DNA of 64,000 bases from a virus: positions 1 through 64,000 of IMG/VR virus record IMGVR_UViG_3300043410_000542, one strand, 5' to 3'. Shown one piece after another: positions 25,838 through 36,358 of this stretch. Position 1 is the first letter of the stretch; every line of letters starts with the position of its first letter. The translations under genes were made by a program, and so were the position numbers. Under the pieces are notes generated by a model, which did not search any database, had not been told where the DNA came from, and saw only the letters and a list, made by a program, of their open reading frames with translations.

Positions 25838-26608
25838 ATGGCTATTTTGCAATCAGCGACACTTAATGAATTAAAAGAAGAATTGTTTAGAAATCTTCGC
25901 CTACGTTTGGGTGAGGGTATGGTCGATCTTGAATTAGATCCTGAACATTTTGAAGCAGCCTACAAATATGCTGTGCAAATCTATCGCCAACGAGCGCAGA
26001 ATGCTACTGAGGAAACATATACTCTGATGACACTACATGCACATCAGGATGTTTATACTCTACCGAAAGAATTCATCAACGTAAGACAAGTATTCCGTAG
26101 AACTGTTGGTATGGAAACGGGCCCTGCAGCTAGTTCTTTCGATCCTTTCTCAAGTGCTATTTTGAACACGTACTTATTAAACTATAACTTAGCAGGTGGC
26201 CTAGCAACTTACGACATGTATGCTGGATACGTTGAATTGTCAGCACGTATGTTTGGTGGCTACATCGTCTACACATTCAATAATGTGACTAAAGAAATTC
26301 GTTTAGTTCGTAATATCAAGGGTGATGGTGAACAGATTCTTATCTGGGCTGACATTCAAAAGCCGGAATCTACATTACTACAAGACCCCGGTTCAAGTGT
26401 ATGGATCGGTGACTGGACATTGAGCCAGTTAAAGTACACACTAGGAGAAGCACGTGAGAAGTTCGCTCAAATCGCAGGTCCAGGTGGCGGTACATCGTTG
26501 AACGGTGCTTCATTAAAGAACGAAGCAAAAGAAATGCAACTAGCGTTGTTAGAAGACTTGAAACGTTACGTTGACTACTCACAACCACTAACTTGGATTC
26601 AAGGATAA
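25838..26608 (+). CDS. neck protein (T4 gp13-like)
   Basis: LRLG..VDLELD, GEAREKFAQIAGPGGGTSLNG. Confidence 0.85.
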   Translation: MAILQSATLNELKEELFRNLRLRLGEGMVDLELDPEHFEAAYKYAVQIYRQRAQNATEETYTLMTLHAHQDVYTLPKEFINVRQVFRRTVGMETGPAASSFDPFSSAILNTYLLNYNLAGGLATYDMYAGYVELSARMFGGYIVYTFNNVTKEIRLVRNIKGDGEQILIWADIQKPESTLLQDPGSSVWIGDWTLSQLKYTLGEAREKFAQIAGPGGGTSLNGASLKNEAKEMQLALLEDLKRYVDYSQPLTWIQG

Positions 26609-27577
26609 TTGGCTGACTTCTTCTGTCCCTTGCCCTTTAAGGGTTTATTCGTACATACTGACAAAGTTGCAGTATGTTGTGCTTCCGTAAAACCAATAAA
26701 AAACATTACCCCTAATGATTTTCTAAACAGCGATTATCTAAAGAATCTTAGAGAGAAGTTCCTAGCAGGCGAGATAGATGAATCTTGTAGTTTCTGTGTG
26801 CAAGCAGAAGCTAAAGGGTTACAGAGTATTCGTCAGCATACATTGAAATCATTGGGATATGATACGACACCCAAAGTAGAGTACATGGAACTAAGAGCTA
26901 GTAATCTATGCAACTTTTCATGTAAAATGTGCAACGGGTCTAACAGTTCTTCTATCTCAGGTGTTGTAGAAAACATGACAGATGAAAGCTGGCAGCAAGT
27001 TCTATCAAACACAAAAGACTTGAAAAGTGTAAGTCTGACGGGCGGTGAGCCGTTTTTGATTAAACAGTATCACGAACTATTAGACCACTTAATCGCTACA
27101 GGGAAAGAAGATATCAATATGAGAATATACACAAACTGTAGCGTGTACAACAAGAAGTTCCTAGATAAACTTGAGCATTTCAAATCCTGCGAACTTCATA
27201 TGAGTATTGACGGGGTAGGGAAGACAGCAGAACTTCAACGTGCAGGTTCTGACTGGACTGTGGTAGATGAAAATGTAAGACGATTCATGGACTTAAAGAT
27301 TGGACTAGCATTTCATACAACGTTTACTAAGATGAACTTGTTAAGCGTAGATAAGTTAGCTGCGTACTTTGTGGAAATGCAACAGAAACGCCCTGACTTG
27401 AAATTCATTGCACACACTATATTCACCCCTAGTGATTTGACGGTAGAACAGACTCCGGAATCCTATAGACAATTTGTGATAGCAAGTATAGATAGGGCAA
27501 TTGATATCTTGCAGGATGATGCATTCTCACAACTCAGAAATGAGTTAACCAATAACAAGCGCAAACTAACCGTTTGA
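26609..27577 (+). CDS. radical SAM protein with an extra Cys-rich N-terminal cluster
   Basis: CNFSCKMC, GGEPF, YTN, SIDG; N-terminal CPLPF..CC..C..C; TTG start. Confidence 0.85.
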   Translation: MADFFCPLPFKGLFVHTDKVAVCCASVKPIKNITPNDFLNSDYLKNLREKFLAGEIDESCSFCVQAEAKGLQSIRQHTLKSLGYDTTPKVEYMELRASNLCNFSCKMCNGSNSSSISGVVENMTDESWQQVLSNTKDLKSVSLTGGEPFLIKQYHELLDHLIATGKEDINMRIYTNCSVYNKKFLDKLEHFKSCELHMSIDGVGKTAELQRAGSDWTVVDENVRRFMDLKIGLAFHTTFTKMNLLSVDKLAAYFVEMQQKRPDLKFIAHTIFTPSDLTVEQTPESYRQFVIASIDRAIDILQDDAFSQLRNELTNNKRKLTV

Positions 27578-27616
27578 CTTTTATTCGGTGTAGACTAGAG
27601 TATAATAAGTAGCTAT

Positions 27617-28264
27617 ATGATTCTAGGCGTAACAGGACTGATAGGCTCCGGAAAAGACACTATCGCAGATTATTTGGTTACTGAGCATGGCTTCAAGCGA
27701 GTTTCATTCGCAGCCAGCTTAAAAGACGCTGTAGCAGCCGTTTTTGGCTGGGACAGAGACTTATTAGAGGGTACTACTAAACAGAGTCGTCAATGGCGTG
27801 AAGAAGTTGACACTTGGTGGGCTACTCGCTTAAACATCCCCCATTTGACTCCTAGATGGGTCTTACAGCATTGGGGAACGGATGTTCTTAGAAATCATTT
27901 CCATACTGATATATGGGTTGCATCAGTTGAAAACAAACTTAGACAGACTAAGGACAACGTTGTTATTACTGACTGTCGTTTCTCAAACGAAGTAAATGCT
28001 ATCAAAAACGCAGGTGGTACAACTTGTAGAGTCTTTAGGGGAGAGAACCCTGAATGGTATCAGGCTGCGATTGATTACAACAGAGGTCCAAATGGTAATG
28101 AGGGATGGTCTCTAGGTAAGCGCAAGCTAGACACCTGCAAAGTACACGCTAGCGAATATAGCTCAGTTGGATTAAAGTACGACCACTTTATTCAAAACGA
28201 TGGGACTATCCTAGACTTACACGAGCAAATCAATCAACTTCTAAATCACCCCGACGCCAGTTAA
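27617..28264 (+). CDS. deoxynucleoside monophosphate kinase (T4 gp1-like)
   Basis: GLIGSGKDT, FAASLK, TPRWVLQHWGT, ITDCRFSNE, HASE. Confidence 0.9.
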   Translation: MILGVTGLIGSGKDTIADYLVTEHGFKRVSFAASLKDAVAAVFGWDRDLLEGTTKQSRQWREEVDTWWATRLNIPHLTPRWVLQHWGTDVLRNHFHTDIWVASVENKLRQTKDNVVITDCRFSNEVNAIKNAGGTTCRVFRGENPEWYQAAIDYNRGPNGNEGWSLGKRKLDTCKVHASEYSSVGLKYDHFIQNDGTILDLHEQINQLLNHPDAS

Positions 28265-28571
28265 CTTCTTTCTTCTTAACGACCTCAACACAGTTAAGAC
28301 ATACAGTTCTCAAGTTAACTAGTTCAGTATTTTCTAGTTTACCATCTACATGAAACACTGTTAACTGACTAGCTAACAAAGCCTTAAAGCCACATAAATC
28401 ACATGTGGCTTTTTTCTTGTACCCACTCTTTTGCCAAGTAGGCTTTCTTGGTTTAAGTTTGTTTTTCTTACGACCACACTCATCACATATGCTACGATAG
28501 TGGGTTACTCCGGCACGGATATAGTTCACTGCACAGTGATTCTTACCGCAAGTCTTACATATAGGTCTCAT
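28230..28571 (-). CDS. Zn-binding HNH-like protein
   Basis: Four CxxC pairs; VFHVDG..N..NLRTVCLNC; CTAAATA upstream on - strand. Confidence 0.7.
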   Translation of the reverse strand: MRPICKTCGKNHCAVNYIRAGVTHYRSICDECGRKKNKLKPRKPTWQKSGYKKKATCDLCGFKALLASQLTVFHVDGKLENTELVNLRTVCLNCVEVVKKKEVNWRRGDLEVD

Positions 28572-28681
28572 ACTGTATTTAGCCTTCGAAGGCACGGTTA
28601 TTGGTGCTTTTTTAATTTTTTCACTAAATAATAGTACACTAGGGAGTTAACCCTCACAATCATAACATAAAGGAAATAAAA

Positions 28682-31600
28682 ATGGCACTAGTATCACCAG
28701 GCGTAGAAGTAAACATTATCGACCAAAGTCAATATTTACCAGCTGCCTCAAATTCAGTTCCGCTTATCGTTTTAGCCACAGCGCAAAGCAAGGCAAACGC
28801 AGCGGGAACAGCAGTTGCAGCGGCTACGACCAAAGCAACAGCTAACAAGCTATATCAGGTAACAAGTCAGCGTGACCTAGTTACATTGTACGGTAATCCG
28901 TTCTTCTATAAAACAACGAACGGCACTCCAATTCATGGATATGAATTGAACGAATACGGTCTATTGGCTGCTTATTCATTGTTAGGTACAACAAATCGTG
29001 CGTATATCTTACGTGCTGACGTTGACCTAGCTGCATTCGTCGGTTCTGTCTCTCGTCCTTCTGGTGCTCCTGCATCAGATTCATATTGGTTAGACACAAC
29101 TAACTCTACATGGGGTATCAATGAATTTGATGCTGTAACAGGTACATTCAGTGGTATGGAACCAATCGTATTGACAGACCCTAACGATGTAGTAGACGGA
29201 GCTCCAAAAGCTACTCTAGGTAACATCGGTGACTATGCAGTTATTGCATATGCACAAGAAGGTGCTGGCTTAGACGTAAGCACATATTTCTTCAAGAACC
29301 GTTTCAACACATGGGTTGCATTAGGTTCAAGAGAGTGGAAAGAAGGTATCCCTGCAGTAACAGGTACAGTTTCTAACCCAACATTGACTTCAGGTAATAC
29401 AATCATCATTACTCCATACAATGCAGTATCAGGTTCTATTACTCCTATCGCTCCTATCACAGTTACATTGACAGGATCTACAGTTGACAGTTTAGTTACA
29501 GCAATCAACGACTTGAATTTACAAAACGTTGTTGCTTCTAACATCTCAGGTAAGTTGTCATTAGCATTCACGAACCTACAAACAGAACAGCAAACTCTAT
29601 TCCCATATGGTTTGGCTAACGGTTCAGGTTCTCCATTGACAACATTGGGTATTGCCCCAGGCATCTACTACTCACCATCTGTTGTATACGGTGTTTCTTC
29701 TAGAATGCCATTATGGACAGCAAGTCAAACAACACCGCACCCAACAGGTTCTGTATGGGTTAAGGTTAACGCTGTTAATAACGGTATGAGCCTAGCATTG
29801 TCTAAGTTCAATGGTACAACAAGTTCGTATGAAAATATTAACGTAGCTACATATAGAACAGACGCAGACGCTACTGTTGCTATCGATAGTACTGGCGGCA
29901 AAGCGGTACCAGCTGGTACTGTATACGCACAATTTGGTCTAGACGGTCTAAACCCAACAGCACCAGTTCAGTTGTTCAAGCGTTTAGCTACAGGTGCTAC
30001 AGTTGTTACTGGTATCACTACACCAACTACAGTTCCACAGAACACAACATTGCGTGTGTTCGTAACTACTCCAGGCGTAGCTACTGGTTCTACAACATCA
30101 TCATCAGGTATCCCTGGTACAGCACACATTATCGTAACGACAGGTACGACAATCGAATCATTCATTAATGATTGGACTGCTGCACAGATTCCTTACACAA
30201 CAATTAAGTTAACAACTGCAGGTAATCTACAGATTACACATACTGCAGGCGGTGAAATTTTAATGTCAGACAGAGATCCATCAACTGGTGACTTCAACAC
30301 ATTAATGGAAGACTTAGGCTTTGTTGCTGGTACTACAATTGGTGTTAAGAAAAGTCGTCCTGCCCCATTCACTAACCCTACTGTAAACCCATCATCTACA
30401 TCAGGTGCAGGTACAGGTGCTTCATTGAGCATCACTAGCTTGGGTTACGAGTACATCGTTAACAGCGTAGCAGGCGGTTCAGGTTATCAATTGGGTGACA
30501 CTATCACTATCAACGGTAGCGAATTAGGTGGCTCAACTCCTGAAAACAACTTGGTTCTTAAAGTTGTTGCTATTTCAGGTGGTTCAGTAACTAGAGTTGT
30601 TGTTGAATCAGGTTACGGTGTTGCAGACTACGGTCTTGTATTGTCTAACTGGGTTCCAGTAACATACACTGCGAACGAAGGTGCTCCAGTTGCAATCCCA
30701 AGCAACGGTACATATTGGTATTACTCAACTCCAAGCCAAGTTGACATTATGATTAACAAAGGCAACGTATGGAGAGGTTATAGAAACATCGCATTTGATG
30801 CGAATGGTCACCCAGCATCATCAGGTACTGTTGGTCTAACTGACGCTGCAGGTCCAATCATCGCAGCAGCAGCTCCAACTACACAAACAGATGGTACAGC
30901 TTTAGAGTACGGTGATCTATGGGTCGATACAAGTGACTTAGAAAACTACCCAATGATTTATCGTTGGAAGTCAGTAAACAATCTACCACAGTGGGTCTTG
31001 ATTGACAAGACAGACCAAACATCTAGCGAAGGTATTGTATTTGCAGATGCACGTTGGGCAGCAAGAGGTGATGTAGATCCAGTTGAAGATCCGATCCCAA
31101 CAATCGCTAGCTTATTAGTAAGCGATCACTTAGACCTAGACGCACCAAGCGCAACATTGTATCCACAAGGTACAATCTTGTTCAATACACGCCGTTCAGG
31201 TTACAACGTTAAAGAGTTCAAGACTAACTATTTCAGTGGTAAGAACTATCCTAACGCAGGTGCATACAACTCAGGTGCCCCGGCATCAAACACTAACTTG
31301 CCTAAAGTAAGTTATGCATGGGTTTCTGCTAGCGGTCTAGCAGCAGATGGTTCAGCTTACATGGGTCGTAAGGCTCAACGTAACATGGTTGTTCAAGCAT
31401 TGAAGGCAGCAGTTGCTACTAACCAGACAATCCGTGAAGAAGATAACTTCTTCAACTTGATTGCTACTCCTGGTTACCCAGAACTACAACCTGATATGGT
31501 TGCATTGAACAATGACCGTCACAACACAGCGTATATCGTTGGTGACACTCCATTGCGCTTGAAGGATCAAGCAACAGACTTGACCAACTGGGCTACTAAC

Positions 31601-32305
31601 GCAGCCGGTGCAACAGCATCTGGTGAAGATGGTTGGGTTACACGTGACAGCTACTTGGGCGTATTCTACCCAAGCGGTATCACAACAGACTTGTCAGGTT
31701 CTCCTGCAGTAGTTCCAGCATCACACATGATGTTGCGTACATTGTTGCGTAATGATACTATCGCTTATCCTTGGTTAGCTCCAGCTGGTACACGCCGTGG
31801 TACAATCGACAATGCTACAAACATCGGTTACTTAGATTCAACAACTGGTGAATTCCACACAGTTAAGAATCGTATGAGCATCCGTGATGTATTGTACACA
31901 AATCAAATCAACCCATTAGCATTCTTCACAGGCGTAGGCTTGTTGAACTATGGTAACAAGAACTCATTTGATTCACAATCAGCATTGGATCGTATCAACG
32001 TAGCACGTTTAGTTGCATACATTCGTCAACAATTGATGATTGCAGCACGTCCATTCGTATTCGAACCAAACGATGCGTTGACTCGTCAACAAATCACAGC
32101 GGTAGTTCAATCATTGTTTATCGACTTGGTTGCTAAACGTGGTCTATACGACTATCTAGTTGTATGTGATAGTTCAAACAACACACCATCACGTATCGAC
32201 AGAAACGAACTATGGATCGACATTGCGATTGAGCCAGTGAAAGCTGCGGAATTCATTTACATTCCAGTACGCTTATTGAACACAGGGGCTCTAGGAGCAG
32301 CGTAA
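28682..32305 (+). CDS. tail sheath protein (T4 gp18-like), enlarged
   Basis: LVSPGVEV, HGYELNEYGL, PWLAPAGTRRG, RINVARL, FEPND, IEPVKAAEFIYI. Confidence 0.95.
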   Translation: MALVSPGVEVNIIDQSQYLPAASNSVPLIVLATAQSKANAAGTAVAAATTKATANKLYQVTSQRDLVTLYGNPFFYKTTNGTPIHGYELNEYGLLAAYSLLGTTNRAYILRADVDLAAFVGSVSRPSGAPASDSYWLDTTNSTWGINEFDAVTGTFSGMEPIVLTDPNDVVDGAPKATLGNIGDYAVIAYAQEGAGLDVSTYFFKNRFNTWVALGSREWKEGIPAVTGTVSNPTLTSGNTIIITPYNAVSGSITPIAPITVTLTGSTVDSLVTAINDLNLQNVVASNISGKLSLAFTNLQTEQQTLFPYGLANGSGSPLTTLGIAPGIYYSPSVVYGVSSRMPLWTASQTTPHPTGSVWVKVNAVNNGMSLALSKFNGTTSSYENINVATYRTDADATVAIDSTGGKAVPAGTVYAQFGLDGLNPTAPVQLFKRLATGATVVTGITTPTTVPQNTTLRVFVTTPGVATGSTTSSSGIPGTAHIIVTTGTTIESFINDWTAAQIPYTTIKLTTAGNLQITHTAGGEILMSDRDPSTGDFNTLMEDLGFVAGTTIGVKKSRPAPFTNPTVNPSSTSGAGTGASLSITSLGYEYIVNSVAGGSGYQLGDTITINGSELGGSTPENNLVLKVVAISGGSVTRVVVESGYGVADYGLVLSNWVPVTYTANEGAPVAIPSNGTYWYYSTPSQVDIMINKGNVWRGYRNIAFDANGHPASSGTVGLTDAAGPIIAAAAPTTQTDGTALEYGDLWVDTSDLENYPMIYRWKSVNNLPQWVLIDKTDQTSSEGIVFADARWAARGDVDPVEDPIPTIASLLVSDHLDLDAPSATLYPQGTILFNTRRSGYNVKEFKTNYFSGKNYPNAGAYNSGAPASNTNLPKVSYAWVSASGLAADGSAYMGRKAQRNMVVQALKAAVATNQTIREEDNFFNLIATPGYPELQPDMVALNNDRHNTAYIVGDTPLRLKDQATDLTNWATNAAGATASGEDGWVTRDSYLGVFYPSGITTDLSGSPAVVPASHMMLRTLLRNDTIAYPWLAPAGTRRGTIDNATNIGYLDSTTGEFHTVKNRMSIRDVLYTNQINPLAFFTGVGLLNYGNKNSFDSQSALDRINVARLVAYIRQQLMIAARPFVFEPNDALTRQQITAVVQSLFIDLVAKRGLYDYLVVCDSSNNTPSRIDRNELWIDIAIEPVKAAEFIYIPVRLLNTGALGAA

Positions 32306-32311
32306 ATATAG

Positions 32312-32335
32312 TCCCCCGGAGACGGGGGATTATTT
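32312..32335 (+). terminator. GNRA hairpin terminator
   Basis: TCCCCCG-GAGA-CGGGGGA-TTATTT; late promoter GATAAATA follows at 32338. Confidence 0.75.
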
Positions 32336-32366
32336 AAGATAAATAAGTATAACAGGAGAAACACAA

Positions 32367-32993
32367 ATGGCAACAGCCTCACAATCACTCTTTAACATGA
32401 CAGTTGGCGCAGACAACACACCTAGTTCTCAAGGTTTGTTGATGCCTAAGTTGCAATATCGTTTCAGAGCTTTATTCATTAACTTCGGTACAGGCGGTTC
32501 TACTCAAGAATTGACTAAGCAAGTTATGGACATTCAACGTCCTAACGTTCAGTTTGAAGAAGTTACATTGGACATCTATAACAGCAAAGTGTATCTAGCT
32601 GGTAAGCACTCATGGCAAGAAACTCAAATCAACTTGCGTGACGATGCTGCTGGTAACGTATCTAAGTTAGTTGGTCAACAATTACAAAAGCAATTTGACT
32701 TTGTTGAGCAAGCATCTGCTGCTACAGGTCAAGATTACAAGTTCCAAATCAACTATGAAATCTTAGACGGTGGTAACGGTACACTAACTCCAAACGTATT
32801 AGAGACATGGGAATTGTACGGTTGCTTCATCAAATCAGCAAACTACAACAACATGGATTACAAATCAAACGATCCAGCAACTATTCAGTTGTCAATTCGT
32901 TTCGATAACGCAATTCAAAGTCCTCTATCTTCTGGTATTGGTACTAATGTCGGTCGTGCATTCGGCGGTACAGCGGTTACTGGTCTAGGTTAA
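32367..32993 (+). CDS. tail tube protein (gp19-like)
   Basis: Follows the sheath gene; PKLQYRFR, YLAGKHSW, WELYGCF, IRFDNA. Confidence 0.85.
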   Translation: MATASQSLFNMTVGADNTPSSQGLLMPKLQYRFRALFINFGTGGSTQELTKQVMDIQRPNVQFEEVTLDIYNSKVYLAGKHSWQETQINLRDDAAGNVSKLVGQQLQKQFDFVEQASAATGQDYKFQINYEILDGGNGTLTPNVLETWELYGCFIKSANYNNMDYKSNDPATIQLSIRFDNAIQSPLSSGIGTNVGRAFGGTAVTGLG

Positions 32994-33006
32994 TATTTAG
33001 GATATT

Positions 33007-34167
33007 ATGTCTGGATTTTTCCAAGACTTACTGCAATCTGCCGTTTCTACTGTAAAGAAAGAATCTGGCAACGCAGTCAAAGCATTCTTCGGTAATGAAT
33101 ACTTGCGTGATTACACTCACGCAAGTAAAACCTTTAGGTCTAATTCATATGGCTATGCACCGAAGTTCAAATTCTTATTCCACGTTTATTTCGATATCAA
33201 CAAAGACTTGATATCTGCTACTGGTAGATTACCTACAGACCAGAACTTTGGTCTTGCAGTGAAAACAGTTCAATTACCTAAGTTTAGTTTTGACTTAGCA
33301 ACAATGAATCAATACAATCGTAAACGTGTAATTCAAACAAAAATCAAATACGATCCTATTACTATCACATTCCATGATGACCACAGTAATTTGATTCGTA
33401 AGTTATGGCACACATACTACACTTACTATTATAAAGATGCGGCTCAAACTGACATGAGTCCTGGTAGTACTAGTGGAAGAAACGTATATACTAACATAAC
33501 TCAAAATGACCACGATTGGGGTTATATCGGTGAAGGTAACGACAAACCTACACCAACAGGAGCAGCACTAGGTGCTACAAAACCTGTATTCTTCAAGACT
33601 ATTGATATCTATGGAATGAGTCAACATAACTTCTCATTGTATAGATTAGTCAATCCAGTCATTGAGAGTTTCCAACATGATACACACAGCTATTCTGAAG
33701 GTAGTGGCATCATGGAAAACACAATGACACTTCAGTACGAAACAGTTAAGTATTACGAAGGTGCATTGGATGGTAAGAGACCAGACGAAATCGTTAAGAT
33801 GTTTGGTCAAGATGCTCATTATGACAGAACAGTTAGTCCTATTGCTAAACCAGGTAGCCAATCAAGTATTCTTGGTCAAGGTGGTTTGGTTGATGCCGCA
33901 GGTGGTATCTTAGATGACTTGACAAACATTCCACCGAACTTCTTGGGTGCTATTCAGAAAGCTGGCACAACAGCACAGACATTTAAGAATCCTAAGAATG
34001 TATTGAACATTGCTAAAGGTGAAGCACTTGGTATGGCAGCAGATGCCATCACCGGAACACCTAATAGAAATACGATGTTCAACTTCCCTAACGCTGCATC
34101 ATCAGTTGTCAAATCAACTAATGCGGCAATCGGGCGTGTAGTTCCTCCTATCACTATTAACAAGTAA
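33007..34167 (+). CDS. baseplate/tail-tube-like protein (gp48/gp54-like)
   Basis: Tube-fold motifs VQLPKF..NQYNRKR..YDPITITFHDD, MTLQYE. Confidence 0.7.
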   Translation: MSGFFQDLLQSAVSTVKKESGNAVKAFFGNEYLRDYTHASKTFRSNSYGYAPKFKFLFHVYFDINKDLISATGRLPTDQNFGLAVKTVQLPKFSFDLATMNQYNRKRVIQTKIKYDPITITFHDDHSNLIRKLWHTYYTYYYKDAAQTDMSPGSTSGRNVYTNITQNDHDWGYIGEGNDKPTPTGAALGATKPVFFKTIDIYGMSQHNFSLYRLVNPVIESFQHDTHSYSEGSGIMENTMTLQYETVKYYEGALDGKRPDEIVKMFGQDAHYDRTVSPIAKPGSQSSILGQGGLVDAAGGILDDLTNIPPNFLGAIQKAGTTAQTFKNPKNVLNIAKGEALGMAADAITGTPNRNTMFNFPNAASSVVKSTNAAIGRVVPPITINK

Positions 34168-34188
34168 TAAATATACTACGAGGTATAT

Positions 34189-34551
34189 ATGGCACAAATC
34201 GTAGACGGACCAAGAACACATTTAGACAACACAGTAAGAGTATTTGATAGCTTTTACAATTTTGAAATTAGCATCGATGCTAACACATATGAAATTGTGA
34301 GATCCTATTTCTATTCTGTATCAGATAATGCTGACATAGCAGATAACTTCACTGCTATGTTGTTTAGAATTTCAAGTATCACAGATGAAGAACCCTTAAA
34401 CTTGTTAGGCTACTTGCAAGGTACTTCTAAGTTAGAAACTACCGCATTGATGGCTTACTACTTAAACAGTTTAAAGAGTAAGACGACATTATACGGAGTT
34501 AGCGCAACGCCTACTCCCAACGAAAACGTACAACGTAACGTGGTGGTATAA
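34189..34551 (+). CDS. hypothetical late protein
   Basis: AATAAATA at 34166; GAGGT RBS. Confidence 0.7.
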   Translation: MAQIVDGPRTHLDNTVRVFDSFYNFEISIDANTYEIVRSYFYSVSDNADIADNFTAMLFRISSITDEEPLNLLGYLQGTSKLETTALMAYYLNSLKSKTTLYGVSATPTPNENVQRNVVV

Positions 34552-34988
34552 TGGCTAAGTGGGCACAGGGTATTTATGAAGTAAGAAATCCAGAGAAGTA
34601 CATAGGTAATCACAAACCTAAGTATCGTTCAGGATGGGAATTTACTTTCATGCAGTTCTGTGACAACAACAAAGCAGTGTTGAAATGGGCAAGCGAGGCA
34701 ATCGCAATTCCCTATATGAATCCTATAACTGGCAAGAGAGCCAACTACATCCCTGACTTTTTCGTAGTCTACCAAAACAAACATGGCAAGCAAATTGCCG
34801 AAATGATTGAAATCAAACCCAAGAAACAAAGTCTTATTGAAAGTCGTGTAGCGTCAGCACGTGATAGGGCAGTTGTAGCAGTGAATCATGCTAAGTGGGC
34901 AAGTGCAAAAGCATATTGCATTCAAAGCGGATTCACATTTAGAGTCATCACCGAAGATGACCTTTTCTACAACGGCAGACGCAAGTAA
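34551..34988 (+). CDS. head completion nuclease (T4 gp4-like)
   Basis: NPEKYIG, YRSGWE, WASE, YIPDF, EIKP, KWASA, FRVITE. Confidence 0.9.
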   Translation: MAKWAQGIYEVRNPEKYIGNHKPKYRSGWEFTFMQFCDNNKAVLKWASEAIAIPYMNPITGKRANYIPDFFVVYQNKHGKQIAEMIEIKPKKQSLIESRVASARDRAVVAVNHAKWASAKAYCIQSGFTFRVITEDDLFYNGRRK

Positions 34989-35017
34989 TAAATACTACTA
35001 TTATAGGATAGTAGTAT
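34987..35017 (+). promoter_or_regulatory. late promoter with RBS-sequestering hairpin
   Basis: AATAAATA; ATACTACTAT/ATAGTAGTAT stem reaching the AT of ATG 35016. Confidence 0.7.
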
Positions 35018-35507
35018 GACCAAGAAACTCAGTGAATTATTTGAACTGCCGGAAGATGAGCAGACTCCTGAGCCACATGAATTACAAGCAGAGCAAGCAT
35101 TCGAAGTAACACAAGAAGCATACTCTACATTAGAAAAGATTGAAAATGCACTGCCTCAAGTCAGAGGATTAGAAGCAAGTGACAATGAGATGGATGAATT
35201 AGCAACTTTAGCCACAGAATCATACAAAGACTTGATGGATTTAGGCATGCAAGTTGACAGTAGATTTGCTAGTGAGATTTTCAACTCGGCAAGTAGTATG
35301 TTAGGTCATGCTATCACTGCTAAGACTGCAAAGATTAACAAGAAGCTAAAAATGCTTGATTTGCAGTTGAAAAAAGCAGGTTTAGATGCTAAGAAAGCTG
35401 GCAAAGAAGAAGAAATAGAAAATATTCCACTAGGGGAAGGGTCACTAGTAGACAGAAACGAACTACTAAGAACGATCCTAGCAAAAAAACCCACTAGTGA
35501 TAAATAA
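35016..35507 (+). CDS. possible terminase small subunit (gp16-like)
   Basis: Helical; size and layout resemble gp16 (C-terminal DRNELL); late promoter. Confidence 0.45.
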   Translation: MTKKLSELFELPEDEQTPEPHELQAEQAFEVTQEAYSTLEKIENALPQVRGLEASDNEMDELATLATESYKDLMDLGMQVDSRFASEIFNSASSMLGHAITAKTAKINKKLKMLDLQLKKAGLDAKKAGKEEEIENIPLGEGSLVDRNELLRTILAKKPTSDK

Positions 35508-35525
35508 TATAATAGGAATAACACA

Positions 35526-36134
35526 ATGAAAAGCCTTCGACATTACTTAACAGAAAGTGCTCGTACATATCACTACACGATTAAAATCTTGGGTGATGTT
35601 GACAAGAACTTTTTAGACTTATTCAAGCACAACTTGAGCAAATTCGATCCTGTAAAGATTGAAGAACCAAAGACAACACCTATTCAGAAGAACCCATACG
35701 GTTTTACTGATGCTGAACCTAATCAGAGTGTTACTATCATCAAAGCAGAATTCAGATATCCAGCGACTGAACCAATGATTCAGCAAGTTGCGATGCAACA
35801 AGGATTTAACATTAATAGAATTCGTGCGTTGACTACAGATTTCAATGACAGTTTGAATGCAGAAAATGACATGTATGCAAATGAAATGTCCGATGAAGAT
35901 AAAGAACCATTGTTGAACACTGAAGAAATGGGAGACAATGGTAAGCAAGCAGGTGAAGATTATTCAAAACAATATCTAGACAAAGTTGTTCCTACAAAGC
36001 CTAGTATTGATTATGCGTTCGCAGGAAAGCCAGCCCCGAAGGATGTCAACAAGACCAAAGAAGGTATACAGACCAAGAGCCCGTTTAGCAAAATTAATAT
36101 GCCTCCTAAGCCAACGACTGGAGCGAGCCGATAA
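35526..36134 (+). CDS. putative head protein
   Basis: MKSLRHYLTES propeptide-like start; GATAAATA at 35499. Confidence 0.65.
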   Translation: MKSLRHYLTESARTYHYTIKILGDVDKNFLDLFKHNLSKFDPVKIEEPKTTPIQKNPYGFTDAEPNQSVTIIKAEFRYPATEPMIQQVAMQQGFNINRIRALTTDFNDSLNAENDMYANEMSDEDKEPLLNTEEMGDNGKQAGEDYSKQYLDKVVPTKPSIDYAFAGKPAPKDVNKTKEGIQTKSPFSKINMPPKPTTGASR

Positions 36135-36135
36135 A

Positions 36136-36348
36136 ATGATTGACTTCACAGCAAAACAATTGAGTTGGATTGTTCTTACTGCATGTGGCATTGGTGGCGG
36201 TGGCTACTTAACTATTGACGGTAAGATTAAAGAAGTTGATAACAAGCTAACAGTTAACAGTGTTAGACAAGAATCAATTAATGATAAACTAGCCGAGTTG
36301 ACTAAACAGCTAGGTAGAATCGAAGATAAATTAGATAGAAGAAGATAA
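36136..36348 (+). CDS. small single-TM coiled-coil protein (holin/XhlA-like)
   Basis: TM segment followed by LTKQLGRIEDKLD. Confidence 0.55.
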   Translation: MIDFTAKQLSWIVLTACGIGGGGYLTIDGKIKEVDNKLTVNSVRQESINDKLAELTKQLGRIEDKLDRRR

Positions 36349-36358
36349 GGAAACGAAT

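Noticed and set aside
27574-27606. TTGACT...TATAAT promoter for the dNMP kinase
   Set aside because: The spacer is 21 nt, too long for a canonical sigma70 promoter; only the -10 box is credible.
28230-28571. Mobile homing endonuclease or intron
   Set aside because: It is free-standing with a degenerate HNH and does not interrupt a gene; it is kept only as a Zn-binding HNH-like CDS.
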